This document shows, one piece after another, positions 25,285 to 34,770 of a stretch of DNA of 64,000 nt. Each line of letters begins with the position of its first letter. Positions within the stretch are counted from its first letter, which is position 1. The stretch is from positions 1 to 64,000 of the IMG/VR virus record IMGVR_UViG_3300048687_000087; one strand, given 5' to 3'. The DNA comes from a virus. Under the pieces are notes generated by a model. It was not told the origin of the DNA and did no database searches. It was given only the letters and a program-made list of their open reading frames with translations. The translations under genes and the position numbers were made by a program.

Positions 25285-26832
25285 ATGGTGACCGCGGTCC
25301 GCCCGCGCGGCTATCTCGACGGCCTGGATGCCGAGTCGTTCGACCTTGACGTCTACCTCGCCCGGTTCGATGCCCGCCTTCTCGCCGACGAGGAGGGCCG
25401 GCGCACGCTCACGCGCCTGGACCCGCTGCTGTTTGCGCTCGTCTACGCCCGGCATCATCTCCGAGATCCCGGGGGTCGGTTGACGTTCGGTGACGCGCAC
25501 CTGGACTGGTGCCGTGCGGCCCGCGCCTGGGTGCGGCCAGCGATCACGCCAGCCGAGCAGCGTGACGCCTACGTCGCTCCTCGCAACATGGGCAAGAGCA
25601 CTTGGTGGTTCCTGCTACTGCCGCTGTGGGCTGCCGCCCACGGGCATGCCCGGTTCGCTGCGGCGTTCGCATCGTCCGCGACTCAGGCGGAGACGCATCT
25701 GGGCACGTTCAAGCGGGAGATCGACTCGAATGAACTGCTGCGCCGCGACTTTCTCGACCTGTGCAGTCCCGCGAAGCGGCCGTCGGGTGGGAACGTCGCG
25801 GACACGCAGAACATGTACATCGCGAAGAACGGGTTCGTGTTCGCGGCCCGCGGTATCGACTCGTCGAACCTCGGCATGAAGGTTGGTGAAGCCCGACCCG
25901 ACCTCATCCTGTGCGATGACATTGAGCCCGATGAGTCGAGCTACAGCCTTGACCTGGCCCGCAAGCGGCGCACCACGCTCATCGACTCGATCCTGCCGCT
26001 CAATGTGTACGCGAGGGTGGTCATCTCCGGCACGGTCACCATGCCGGGCAGCATCATCCACCAACTGGTCAAGCACGGTCGGGGCGTCGAGACCGCGGAC
26101 TGGATTGGCGAGGAGGGTTTCCGTGCGCATTGCACCGCGCCGATCGTGCAGCGTGCCGACGGAACGGAGCGCAGCGTGTGGCCGGCGAAGTGGCCGCTCG
26201 CCTACCTCAAGTCGATTGAGCACACCCGCTCGTTCGCGAAGAACTACGCCAACGACCCGATGGGTGCGGACGGTGAGCTGTGGGCGCCGGAAGACTTCCG
26301 CTATCCCGGCGACGAGGGTGTGGATCCGGTGACGCACATGATGCTGTCGATCGACCCGGCGGTCACCGCGAAGAAGGGCTCGGACTATACGGGGATGGCG
26401 GTCGTGTCGTGGTCGGCGCGGCATCGCCGGTGCACGGTGCATGCGGCGATCGGCTTGAAGATTCAGCCGGGCCCGCTGCTGCGGGAGCGAGTGCTGGCTC
26501 TGCTGGATGAGTATCCGCAGATCGGTCTGATTCTGATCGAGGTCAACCAGGGTGGCGATACGTGGGAGGCGATCCTTCATGGCATGCCGGTGAAGGTGAA
26601 GACGGTTTCGCAGGCGGAGAACAAGTTCACGCGCGCCGAGGGGGTGTTGAACCACTATCAGCGCGGCCGAGTCATTCACGCCCGCCGCCTGGTGGAGGCT
26701 GAGCAGCAGATGTGCGCGTTTCCGAAGGCCCCGCACGACGACCTGGTCGACGCTGTGGGTTCGGCGATCCGCCGGTTCATCCCCAACAAGCCGCGCGAGA
26801 TCTTCAAGGCGAGTAGCGCCAGTTACCTTTGA
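25285..26832 (+). CDS. terL: Terminase large subunit
   Basis: APRNMGKST Walker A, LILCDDIE, IDPA, HDDLVDA nuclease motifs. Confidence 0.93.
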   Translation: MVTAVRPRGYLDGLDAESFDLDVYLARFDARLLADEEGRRTLTRLDPLLFALVYARHHLRDPGGRLTFGDAHLDWCRAARAWVRPAITPAEQRDAYVAPRNMGKSTWWFLLLPLWAAAHGHARFAAAFASSATQAETHLGTFKREIDSNELLRRDFLDLCSPAKRPSGGNVADTQNMYIAKNGFVFAARGIDSSNLGMKVGEARPDLILCDDIEPDESSYSLDLARKRRTTLIDSILPLNVYARVVISGTVTMPGSIIHQLVKHGRGVETADWIGEEGFRAHCTAPIVQRADGTERSVWPAKWPLAYLKSIEHTRSFAKNYANDPMGADGELWAPEDFRYPGDEGVDPVTHMMLSIDPAVTAKKGSDYTGMAVVSWSARHRRCTVHAAIGLKIQPGPLLRERVLALLDEYPQIGLILIEVNQGGDTWEAILHGMPVKVKTVSQAENKFTRAEGVLNHYQRGRVIHARRLVEAEQQMCAFPKAPHDDLVDAVGSAIRRFIPNKPREIFKASSASYL

Positions 26833-26868
26833 TTCAAAGGTGAAGCTATATGCTGGCCTTGATGAGAG

Positions 26869-28419
26869 GTGGCCGCTGTGTCGTTGAGTGAACTGATGTA
26901 CGGGATCGGCGAGCTCGACGACGCGCGCCCCGGCTACCGCACCGCCCAGCAGTACTACGACGGCAACGTCCCCGAAGTATTCGCCTCCGCCCGCCTCCGC
27001 CGCGCCCTCGAAGACACGGGCGTCGACTTCCGGTTGAACTTCGCCAAAACCCCGGTCTCTGCCGTGCTCGACCGCCTCGAGATCGCAGCGATCACCGGCG
27101 CCGACGACGACCACACCAAACTCATCGCCAAGGTGTGGGACGACAACGTGATGGACCTCGAGGCCCCCGACATCCACTGCCACGCCTGCACCCTCGGCGA
27201 TGCCTACCTCATCGTTCTCCCCGTCGAAGACGACAACGGGCAGGTCGTCGGGGTGGAAATGCACTACAACTCCCCGCAGACCGTCCGGGCAATCTACTCA
27301 CAGGAGAACCCGCGCGAAGTCGACTACGTCATCAAGCAGTGGTGCGAGGAGCGGACCCTCGGCAAGGTCCAGCGGGCCGAGCTGTACTACGCAGACCGCA
27401 CCGAGCGCTGGGCCACTAAGCCCGGTTCGGATGGGAAGCAGAAGGGGGACTGGGGGCATTGGCTCGCAGACCCCGACGAGGAGGGGGCAGTCCAAGACCC
27501 GGATTCGTGGATCATCGAACACGAATGGGGTCGCCCGCCCGTCTTCCACTTCCGCACCGACCGACCCTACGGGCGACCGGTGCACATCGATGCCTACGGC
27601 CCGCAGAACGCCATCAACAAGCTCAGCATCACGCACATGGGCACCGTCGACTACCAGGGCTTCCCGCAGCGCTACGCGCTCACCGACGCCGCCACCACCG
27701 ACACTTCGGACCTCGAACCCGGAGACTTCGAAGACTTCCCGCCCGACGACGCCAGTAGTGGGCCCACCGACACAGGCGACGACAGCTCCCTGAAGGCCGG
27801 GCCCGGCGAAGTGTGGATGCTCCGCGGCTTCAAGTCCGTCGGCCAGCTCGACGCAGCGCAGCCGTCCGTCTTCCTCGACCCGATCTTGTTCGAAGTGCGG
27901 GCCATGGCGCAGATCACCACCACCCCCCTGCACCTCTTCGACCCGCAAGGGGACGTGCCATCGGGAGAGTCGCTACGAGCGAAGGACGGCCCGTTCGTCA
28001 AGAAGATCCGCAACCTGCAGCGTCACCTGGGCTCAACCTGGCGCGAGGCCTTCCAGTTCGCACTCGAACTCCTCGGTTTCCCGGCCGACATGGTCGATGT
28101 CCGCTGGGTGCCCGCCGCCACCGTGGAAGACAAGACAGGCTGGGAAACCGCCACAGAGAAGGTCCGCAACGGCGTCCCCCGCCGCCAAGTGCTCCTTGAA
28201 GCCGGCTACCGCGAAGAGCAGGTCGATAAGTGGCTGGCCGGCGTCGACGACGCCGAGCTCGCACGGCGCACCGACATCCTCGCCGCTGTTGCGGACAGTG
28301 CGCAGAAGTTGGGCGCCGCCACCACGCTCGGCGTCGTCAGCAGCGAGCAGGCGCAAGCCCTCCTCAACGGCGCGCTCTCCGATATTGAACTTCTCGCCGA
28401 CGTTGAGGCCGTCACATGA
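26869..28419 (+). CDS. Portal protein (SPP1 gp6-like)
   Basis: YYDG, NFAKTPV, FPQRY, PSGESLR motifs; position after terL. Confidence 0.9.
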   Translation: MAAVSLSELMYGIGELDDARPGYRTAQQYYDGNVPEVFASARLRRALEDTGVDFRLNFAKTPVSAVLDRLEIAAITGADDDHTKLIAKVWDDNVMDLEAPDIHCHACTLGDAYLIVLPVEDDNGQVVGVEMHYNSPQTVRAIYSQENPREVDYVIKQWCEERTLGKVQRAELYYADRTERWATKPGSDGKQKGDWGHWLADPDEEGAVQDPDSWIIEHEWGRPPVFHFRTDRPYGRPVHIDAYGPQNAINKLSITHMGTVDYQGFPQRYALTDAATTDTSDLEPGDFEDFPPDDASSGPTDTGDDSSLKAGPGEVWMLRGFKSVGQLDAAQPSVFLDPILFEVRAMAQITTTPLHLFDPQGDVPSGESLRAKDGPFVKKIRNLQRHLGSTWREAFQFALELLGFPADMVDVRWVPAATVEDKTGWETATEKVRNGVPRRQVLLEAGYREEQVDKWLAGVDDAELARRTDILAAVADSAQKLGAATTLGVVSSEQAQALLNGALSDIELLADVEAVT

Positions 28420-29456
28420 TGGCCCGACGCCGCCACCGGCCCGCCGAGCTGCTGGCGTTCATACGCGGCGAGCAGACCGACGCGGTGCGCGGCCTTGAGG
28501 ACCGCATCGCCGCCGACGCCCTCGGCGACTCTGCGGAGCGGTTCGATGAACTGCAACGGCGCACCCTCATGGCGTGGACTACCGCATTCGGCAGCCCACA
28601 GCAGGACGCCACCGACGTGGGGGCGCTGCGCCGCATCCTGGCCGCCGTCCGCGCCGCAGTGCACCGCATCCTCGGACCGCTCGCCCCTCACTCCCAGAAG
28701 GCGCTAACCGCCCGCCTGGAGGAGGCTGTGCAGCTCGGCGCGCGACAGCATTCCGCCTACCTCGAACGCACAACTACCCGCCGCGGCATACAGGTTGCCG
28801 CCCGGGCCAGCCGCAGTCTGCGCGACACTGCCGCCATCATCGGCGACAGCATTGCCCGGCACCGTGACCGCGCGCTCGGCCTGCTGCAGACCGGTGTCGC
28901 ATCCCGCTGGTCCCGCGTTGCCACCGGAATCGGTGCCGCCCGCAGCGCCCTCAGTGCAGTACGTGCCCACATCACCTGGACTGTTGGTAAAGCCGTCAAC
29001 GAAGGACTCACCGAGAGCATCCGCGCGGTCGGCGCTCGCAAGCTGTGGGTGTCGGAGCGGGACGCCTGCGTGTCCTGCACCGCCTACGCCGGACTCGTCG
29101 TCGACGCCGATCAGGACTTCCCCGGCGGACTCTCCTGGGACCCGCAGCAGCGCGGACGCACCGAACCGGTCGCCGGGCCGCCCTTGCACCCCAACTGCCG
29201 CTGCCGGCTTGCCGCCTGGGAAGACGAGTGGGCGGTCGAAGGCGTGCCGTCGATGCCCGAGGCGCTGCGCCGCGAGGCCCGCCGCTCCATCGCCCGCGGC
29301 TGGTCGCTGCCCACCGAATCCGGTGCCGCCCGTGTCCGGGCGGCCCGCGAGCTCCTCCGCACTGGGGCGGGCCTGCCGAAGAGCGTGGAGGAGTTCGCCC
29401 GGCTTGCCGTATCGGCAGGCCGCTTCCAGAACCGCACCGTCCCTACCGGCCCGTGA
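28416..29456 (+). CDS. Minor head protein (MuF/gp7-like)
   Basis: DACVSC and PPLHPNCRC motifs. Confidence 0.82.
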   Translation: MMARRRHRPAELLAFIRGEQTDAVRGLEDRIAADALGDSAERFDELQRRTLMAWTTAFGSPQQDATDVGALRRILAAVRAAVHRILGPLAPHSQKALTARLEEAVQLGARQHSAYLERTTTRRGIQVAARASRSLRDTAAIIGDSIARHRDRALGLLQTGVASRWSRVATGIGAARSALSAVRAHITWTVGKAVNEGLTESIRAVGARKLWVSERDACVSCTAYAGLVVDADQDFPGGLSWDPQQRGRTEPVAGPPLHPNCRCRLAAWEDEWAVEGVPSMPEALRREARRSIARGWSLPTESGAARVRAARELLRTGAGLPKSVEEFARLAVSAGRFQNRTVPTGP

Positions 29457-29488
29457 TGGGCAACCCGGAATCCCGAGATGGGAGCACC

Positions 29489-30217
29489 ATGAACACCACC
29501 GAGCTCGACGGCATCAGCCTGCCGCCCGGAACCGTCATCGGCTACGTCGCCGGCCGACCCGTCTACAACATCGCCGGAAGCTCCGGCGAAGGAGAAGCCG
29601 ACGGGGGAGACAGCGAGACTTCGGCAGACGAGCCGGAAGGCGACGAGGCGCCCCATGACACAACCGGCGGCGAAGAGGTCGAGGAGGCTGAGGAGCGGGA
29701 GACGCCCAAGCCGGCGCCGCCAGCCGACAAACCCGACGCGTACACGGCGCCGACTGAGGCGGAGTGGCGCAAGACGCAGGCCGCCTTGAAGAAGGCCAAC
29801 GAGGACGGCAAGCGGCACCGGCTGCGGAACAAGGAGCTCGAAGAGGCGTCCCGCGCCAACGAGACGGAGCACGAGAAAGCACTGAGAGAGGAGCGGGAGA
29901 AGGGCGAAGGCCGGTTCCGTGCACCCTTGGTGAAGGCAGCGGCGAAGGCTGCGCTCGCGGAAGCGGGTGTCAGCGGTCCTGCCGATCGTGTGCTGCGGCT
30001 CCTTGACCTCGATGGGCTGTCGGTCGACGACGAGGGTGACGTCATCGGCCTGGACGGGGAGATCGACCGGATACGCGGCGAGTACCCGGAGTTCTTCCAG
30101 AACGCGAAGATGAAGCCGAAGGCAAGGCCAACAGCTGCGGACCGTAAGCCGGTTGAGGAGAAGCCCAAGTCCGCGGCGGAGCGGCACGCTGCTCGTGTGC
30201 TCGGCCGTACCGCTTGA
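29489..30217 (+). CDS. Capsid scaffolding protein
   Basis: Acidic coiled coil, YPEFF; precedes MCP. Confidence 0.82.
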   Translation: MNTTELDGISLPPGTVIGYVAGRPVYNIAGSSGEGEADGGDSETSADEPEGDEAPHDTTGGEEVEEAEERETPKPAPPADKPDAYTAPTEAEWRKTQAALKKANEDGKRHRLRNKELEEASRANETEHEKALREEREKGEGRFRAPLVKAAAKAALAEAGVSGPADRVLRLLDLDGLSVDDEGDVIGLDGEIDRIRGEYPEFFQNAKMKPKARPTAADRKPVEEKPKSAAERHAARVLGRTA

Positions 30218-30350
30218 CACCAGCAGGTATATTCATCACCAGGTGAATTGATTCGGTGATCGGATCATCCGCCGCCCAGTACTGCGAGAGCGCCCGTGAT
30301 GGGGCCCGCAACCCACAGCAGCCCCATCACACGCCCACAGGAGGGCACCC

Positions 30351-31268
30351 GTGGCACGCAACACCTACGAGGCCTGGATCCCGGAGGAAGACAGCTCCGA
30401 GGTCATCACCCGCGTACAGCAGATGTCCGCCGTCGAGGCCCTCGCCTCCCCGGAGCCCATGAGCTCCAACACCAAGAGCATTCCGCGCTCCGCGGGCGTC
30501 GGCGTCAGCCTCGTCGACAAGGGCGGCGCCTACAGCGAAGACACGTCCGCCAACGACGACGTCGTCCTCACCGCGAAGAAGGTCGGCAAGGCGATCCGTA
30601 TCGCCGAGGAAGACATCGACGACTCGCTCGCCGACATCCTCGCCACCAAGATGAAGGACTGGGCGACCTCCTACTCCAAGTACATCGACAACGCGAGCCT
30701 CGCCGTCACCGCCGCGCTCGGCGTCAACGTGCCGTTCGCGTCGGTGTACTACACGCTCACGCAGACCGACGCGGCCACGGGCTACACCGCCAACGACAAC
30801 ATCACCACCGCCGCGAGCACCGGGGTCACCTACGACAACCTGTCCGCGGTCCTCGACGACGTCGAAGGCGGCGACTACTTCGACCTGTCCCGCACCGTCG
30901 TCATCGCACACCCGTCCTTCCGTGGCGTGCTGCGCACCATCAAGGACGACCAGAAGCAGCCCATTTTCGTACAGGGCCAGGGCGGCGACCGCGGCACTCC
31001 CGACACCCTGTTCGACCTGCCGGTGCGCTGGTCGCTCGGCTGCCGCCTCCACGCGACCGCCACCGACGCGCCTACCGGCAAGCCCATCCTTGTCGTCGCG
31101 AACCAGGACTTCCTGCGTCTCGGCCGCCGTTCGGGCCCGGAGTCCATCTTCATCGACGGCCGCGACGGACTGTCCGCGCTCACCGACGAGTCCATCCTCA
31201 AGATGCGCGCCCGCCGCGCCTTCAACCTGTCGCACCCGAAGGCCGCTGCCGTCCTGGTGGGGGCCTGA
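30351..31268 (+). CDS. Major capsid protein
   Basis: HK97-like size and motifs (IPEE, TLFDLPV, HPKAAAVL). Confidence 0.9.
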   Translation: MARNTYEAWIPEEDSSEVITRVQQMSAVEALASPEPMSSNTKSIPRSAGVGVSLVDKGGAYSEDTSANDDVVLTAKKVGKAIRIAEEDIDDSLADILATKMKDWATSYSKYIDNASLAVTAALGVNVPFASVYYTLTQTDAATGYTANDNITTAASTGVTYDNLSAVLDDVEGGDYFDLSRTVVIAHPSFRGVLRTIKDDQKQPIFVQGQGGDRGTPDTLFDLPVRWSLGCRLHATATDAPTGKPILVVANQDFLRLGRRSGPESIFIDGRDGLSALTDESILKMRARRAFNLSHPKAAAVLVGA

Positions 31269-31270
31269 TC

Positions 31271-31615
31271 ATGGCTGCGGCGAAGAAGGCAGCAGAGAAG
31301 AAGCCAGAGGCTGAGGTTGCGAAGCGGTCCGCCGACGGCTCCGACGAGTGGAAGTGCGTCAAGGAGTTCGTCGTCCTCGGGGACGCCCTCACCGAGGACG
31401 GGCCGGGCCACGACGCGAACAAGGCGGTCGTGCTGCAGGAGGCAATCCAGCGCGGCCTGCACCCGCGCGGCGACGTCTCCTTCGACGGCACCGAACTCCT
31501 CAACGACGGCGTCTCCCGCGCACTGCGCTACAGCGTCGCCGTCGTGCCAGCCTCCTCGGATGCGGAGCCGGAAAAGACCACCACGCCCCGGGACCAGATC
31601 GAGGGCGGGGACTGA
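31271..31615 (+). CDS. Head-associated hypothetical protein
   Basis: Position, coupling. Confidence 0.65.
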   Translation: MAAAKKAAEKKPEAEVAKRSADGSDEWKCVKEFVVLGDALTEDGPGHDANKAVVLQEAIQRGLHPRGDVSFDGTELLNDGVSRALRYSVAVVPASSDAEPEKTTTPRDQIEGGD

Positions 31616-32058
31616 TGGTCGACGCCTGGGCCACCCCGCAGCAGGTCACCGACATCACCGGTGTGACGGTGACCGATGCCCAGCTGGGGCTGGCACAGGC
31701 GTCGATCGAAATGTTCTCCAACAGGACCTACCCCGACACCGAGCGGATCCGGGCCCGCGACCTGTACTGGCTGCGCATGGCCGTCGCCTACCAAGCCGCA
31801 TGGGAGCAGGGGCAGTTCGACCTGAACACACGCCTTGATGCCAACCAGGTGCAGCAGGACGGCGTCGTCGCCAACCTCGACAGCCGGGCCATGATGCTCG
31901 GCCCCCGGGCCAAGCAGGCGCTGCAGCGCTGCTCTTGGATGCGGTCCCGGACGATCCACGTGCGTTCCCCGTTCGAGGACGGGCAGCGCGCCTACGGCGA
32001 CCCGCTGGCCGACTCCAGCGACGAAACCCTGCCGTGGACACCGATGGGCGGCAGCTGA
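31615..32058 (+). CDS. Head-tail adaptor
   Basis: WAT...V, AVAYQA; synteny. Confidence 0.7.
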   Translation: MVDAWATPQQVTDITGVTVTDAQLGLAQASIEMFSNRTYPDTERIRARDLYWLRMAVAYQAAWEQGQFDLNTRLDANQVQQDGVVANLDSRAMMLGPRAKQALQRCSWMRSRTIHVRSPFEDGQRAYGDPLADSSDETLPWTPMGGS

Positions 32059-32393
32059 TGCACCTGGCGACCACCACGATCAGCATCCTCGGCGGCAGCA
32101 GCACCGACGAGTTCGGCGATGAAACCGACGGCATCACCGCTGTCGTAACCGGGCTCCCGGTCTCGCTCATCGAATCGACGCGCACCGCGATGGAGCCCGT
32201 CAGCGGAACACCCCGCATCATCCGCACCCACATCTGCCGCCTGCCACCCGGCACAGCAGTCGACGAAACCAACCGGATCAAAGACGAGACGACCGGCGAG
32301 ATCTACATCGTCGTCGCCACCACCCGCAACGCCAACCCGGTCATCGCGCAGCCCCTGCGCGCAGACCTGAAACGCACAGGACGAGCCGCCTAG
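32058..32393 (+). CDS. Head closure/stopper protein
   Basis: DEFGDE motif; synteny. Confidence 0.7.
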   Translation: MHLATTTISILGGSSTDEFGDETDGITAVVTGLPVSLIESTRTAMEPVSGTPRIIRTHICRLPPGTAVDETNRIKDETTGEIYIVVATTRNANPVIAQPLRADLKRTGRAA

Positions 32394-32493
32394 CTGGCTC
32401 CGACACAACCACCGCCCGCCCGGCACCTACGGCCCGTAAACGGCCAGCCGGGAAGGCACCCAGACCCGCCGGCCGTAAAGGAGGTGCAGGGCG

Positions 32494-32871
32494 ATGCTGA
32501 GCGCGAACTATGAGGTCACCGTCAACCACGGCTGGCCCGGATGGGTCCGCAACGCCGTCACCCGCTACCTCCACAAACTCGGGCGCGAAATCCAGAACGA
32601 CATGGAACGCATGGCCCCCGTCCGCACGGGCCGGCTCCGCGGCAGCCTCTACCACGAGGTCAACCGCGGACAGCTACGCGTCGGCGTCCGCAACGTCCCG
32701 TACTGGTCGACTGTCGAGTTCGGGTCCGGGCCACACGAGATCCGCCCCGTCGCCAAGAAGGCCCTGCACTGGCCCGGTGCCCGCCATCCCGTCAACCGCG
32801 TCCTGCACCCCGGCACCCCCGCGCAGCCGTTTATGCGGCCCGCCCTCTACAAGCGGCGGGGGAGGTTCTGA
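32494..32871 (+). CDS. HK97 gp10-family neck protein
   Basis: APVRTGRLRGS, VEFG, AQPFMRPAL. Confidence 0.85.
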   Translation: MLSANYEVTVNHGWPGWVRNAVTRYLHKLGREIQNDMERMAPVRTGRLRGSLYHEVNRGQLRVGVRNVPYWSTVEFGSGPHEIRPVAKKALHWPGARHPVNRVLHPGTPAQPFMRPALYKRRGRF

Positions 32872-33323
32872 TGACCGTCACCCCGCAGGCGAACACCGAA
32901 CTCGTCGCCGTGGCCTGGCTGTCCAGCGCCTCCGGTATCGAAGCGGGGCAGGTCGCCACGACCCTGCCCGCAGCCGGCGGCGCCTGGGCGGACAACGGGT
33001 TCCTGCACGTCGTCGGCGCGGTCGGCGGCAGTCCGCAGATGTACTACGCGCTTCGCGAGCCCGTCGTCCAGATCGACGCCTACGCCGTCAACGTGAGCTC
33101 CGGGAAGCCGCCGTGGGGCAAGGCCGCCAGCTTGATGGAGCTCGTGGTCGCCGCAACCTATGACGAGGCGGGCCTGCAGCGGGTGCTCACGCTGCGTCCC
33201 GGCTACCCGCAGGCCCGCGTTCTGACCGCCCACTTCGCCTCCGAACCGCGCCGCATGCCGTCCGATGACGCCTCATACGCCCGCTTCCAGGCCGACCTCG
33301 CCCTGCACTGGATCACCCTCTAG
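32871..33323 (+). CDS. Tail terminator
   Basis: VVQIDAY; synteny. Confidence 0.7.
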   Translation: MTVTPQANTELVAVAWLSSASGIEAGQVATTLPAAGGAWADNGFLHVVGAVGGSPQMYYALREPVVQIDAYAVNVSSGKPPWGKAASLMELVVAATYDEAGLQRVLTLRPGYPQARVLTAHFASEPRRMPSDDASYARFQADLALHWITL

Positions 33324-33330
33324 GAGCCCC

Positions 33331-33501
33331 ATGCCGACCGTCCGCACCACTATGCAGCCCGACGTCGAACTCGAGGTGTCCGACGCCGAGTACACCGACC
33401 TCGACCGCCAGGGACTCCTCGTCGAGGACCCCGGCGACTCCAAGCCCGTCCCCGCCGCCGCACCGGCCAAGACCCCGACCGTTGCGAAGAGCAAGGACTG
33501 A
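33331..33501 (+). CDS. Small virion-region protein
   Basis: AGGAG RBS. Confidence 0.6.
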   Translation: MPTVRTTMQPDVELEVSDAEYTDLDRQGLLVEDPGDSKPVPAAAPAKTPTVAKSKD

Positions 33502-33504
33502 CCC

Positions 33505-34065
33505 ATGGCTGTCGTCGCCACCAACCTGATCATGGGGCCCGCCGATCTGTACATCGGGAACTTCGGGTCCGTCGAACCCCTCGACACCGTCGTCAACACC
33601 ACGCCGGCCGCCTCCAGCTGGACAGACCTGGGCGGAACCCAGGACGGCGTGAAGATGACCGTCGACCAGACGTACACGCCGCTCGAGGTCGACCAGATCG
33701 TCGACGAGCCAGGCGCCCGCCTCACCAAGCGGCTCTTCACCATCGAGACCAACCTTGCCGAGGCGACCCTCGAGAACCTGCGTTACCTCCTCAACGACGG
33801 CACTGCGGCGAGCGGAGCTGGCTTTAAGAGCTACGAGCCGGTCTACGCCTCGAGCGCCACGCAGCCCACGTACCGGGCCGTGATCCTCGACGGCTACGCC
33901 CCCAACCAGCTGCGCCGCCGGTTCATCATCCGCAAGTGCCTGTCCAACGACAAGATCGAGACGACCTATAAGAAGGACGGGCAAACCCTGTTCACGGTCA
34001 AGTGGCAGGGCTTTTACGTGAGTCAGTCGATCGCCCCCTTCAAGATCACCGACGCGACCAGCTAG
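33505..34065 (+). CDS. Major tail tube protein
   Basis: WTDLGGTQDGV, LAEATLENL motifs. Confidence 0.85.
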   Translation: MAVVATNLIMGPADLYIGNFGSVEPLDTVVNTTPAASSWTDLGGTQDGVKMTVDQTYTPLEVDQIVDEPGARLTKRLFTIETNLAEATLENLRYLLNDGTAASGAGFKSYEPVYASSATQPTYRAVILDGYAPNQLRRRFIIRKCLSNDKIETTYKKDGQTLFTVKWQGFYVSQSIAPFKITDATS

Positions 34066-34073
34066 GAGCCACC

Positions 34074-34484
34074 GTGACCACCCGAGCGCCCAAGACCCGC
34101 ACCGTTCCGGTGCCCACTCCCGCCGAGGACGACGGCATCCTCCGTATCACCACCACCCCCGCACCCCCGGTCCAAGAGATCGAGGAAGCACGCAGGGTGC
34201 TGTTCGCCATCGACGACGACGAGTTCACCGTCCCCAAGGTCATCGACGAACGCCTCGTCTACCTCGCCCTCGAATCCATGCGAAACGACGGCGCCCTGTT
34301 CTCCGGCCAGCGCCTCGTCGAACTCCTCCTCGGCAAGTCCCGCTACCGCCAACTGCTGGATTACTACGAGGCGCAGCGGATCACTCAAGCGAATTTCGAC
34401 GCCATCGTCAGCAGCGTCTCCAAGCTGTTCTTCGACCACATGAACACCGACGACACGGCGGGAAAAGATACGTCCGCCTCGTAG
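34074..34484 (+). CDS. Tail assembly chaperone (gpG-like)
   Basis: Between tail tube and TMP; slippery G GGA AAA near 3' end. Confidence 0.8.
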   Translation: MTTRAPKTRTVPVPTPAEDDGILRITTTPAPPVQEIEEARRVLFAIDDDEFTVPKVIDERLVYLALESMRNDGALFSGQRLVELLLGKSRYRQLLDYYEAQRITQANFDAIVSSVSKLFFDHMNTDDTAGKDTSAS

Positions 34485-34768
34485 AACACCTCGCGGGCTA
34501 CCTGTGGATCCTCGACCACCGCGACGACCTCGACGCCGACTTCCTCGCCATCTACCGCATCGACCTCGAAACCACCGTCGTCGGAGCCAAACGCTTCCTC
34601 GCCCTCGCCGCACGCACCCCCGCCTACGACGGAGCCATGACCCTCGCCGTCAACAAAGAACAGCAGTCCGCAGCCGCACCTGCGACCAACCCTGACGCCC
34701 CGCAGGAAGTGTCCGTGGACGCCATGAACCTGATGATGCCCGGCCTGATCGAACGCACGGAGGTCTGA
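34460..34768 (+). CDS. -1 frameshift extension of tail chaperone (gpGT-like)
   Basis: GGGAAAA at 34460-34466; -1 frame open to 34768 (WILDHRDDLDADFLAIYRIDL). Confidence 0.8.
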   Translation, partial: GKRYVRLVEHLAGYLWILDHRDDLDADFLAIYRIDLETTVVGAKRFLALAARTPAYDGAMTLAVNKEQQSAAAPATNPDAPQEVSVDAMNLMMPGLIERTEV

Positions 34769-34770
34769 CC

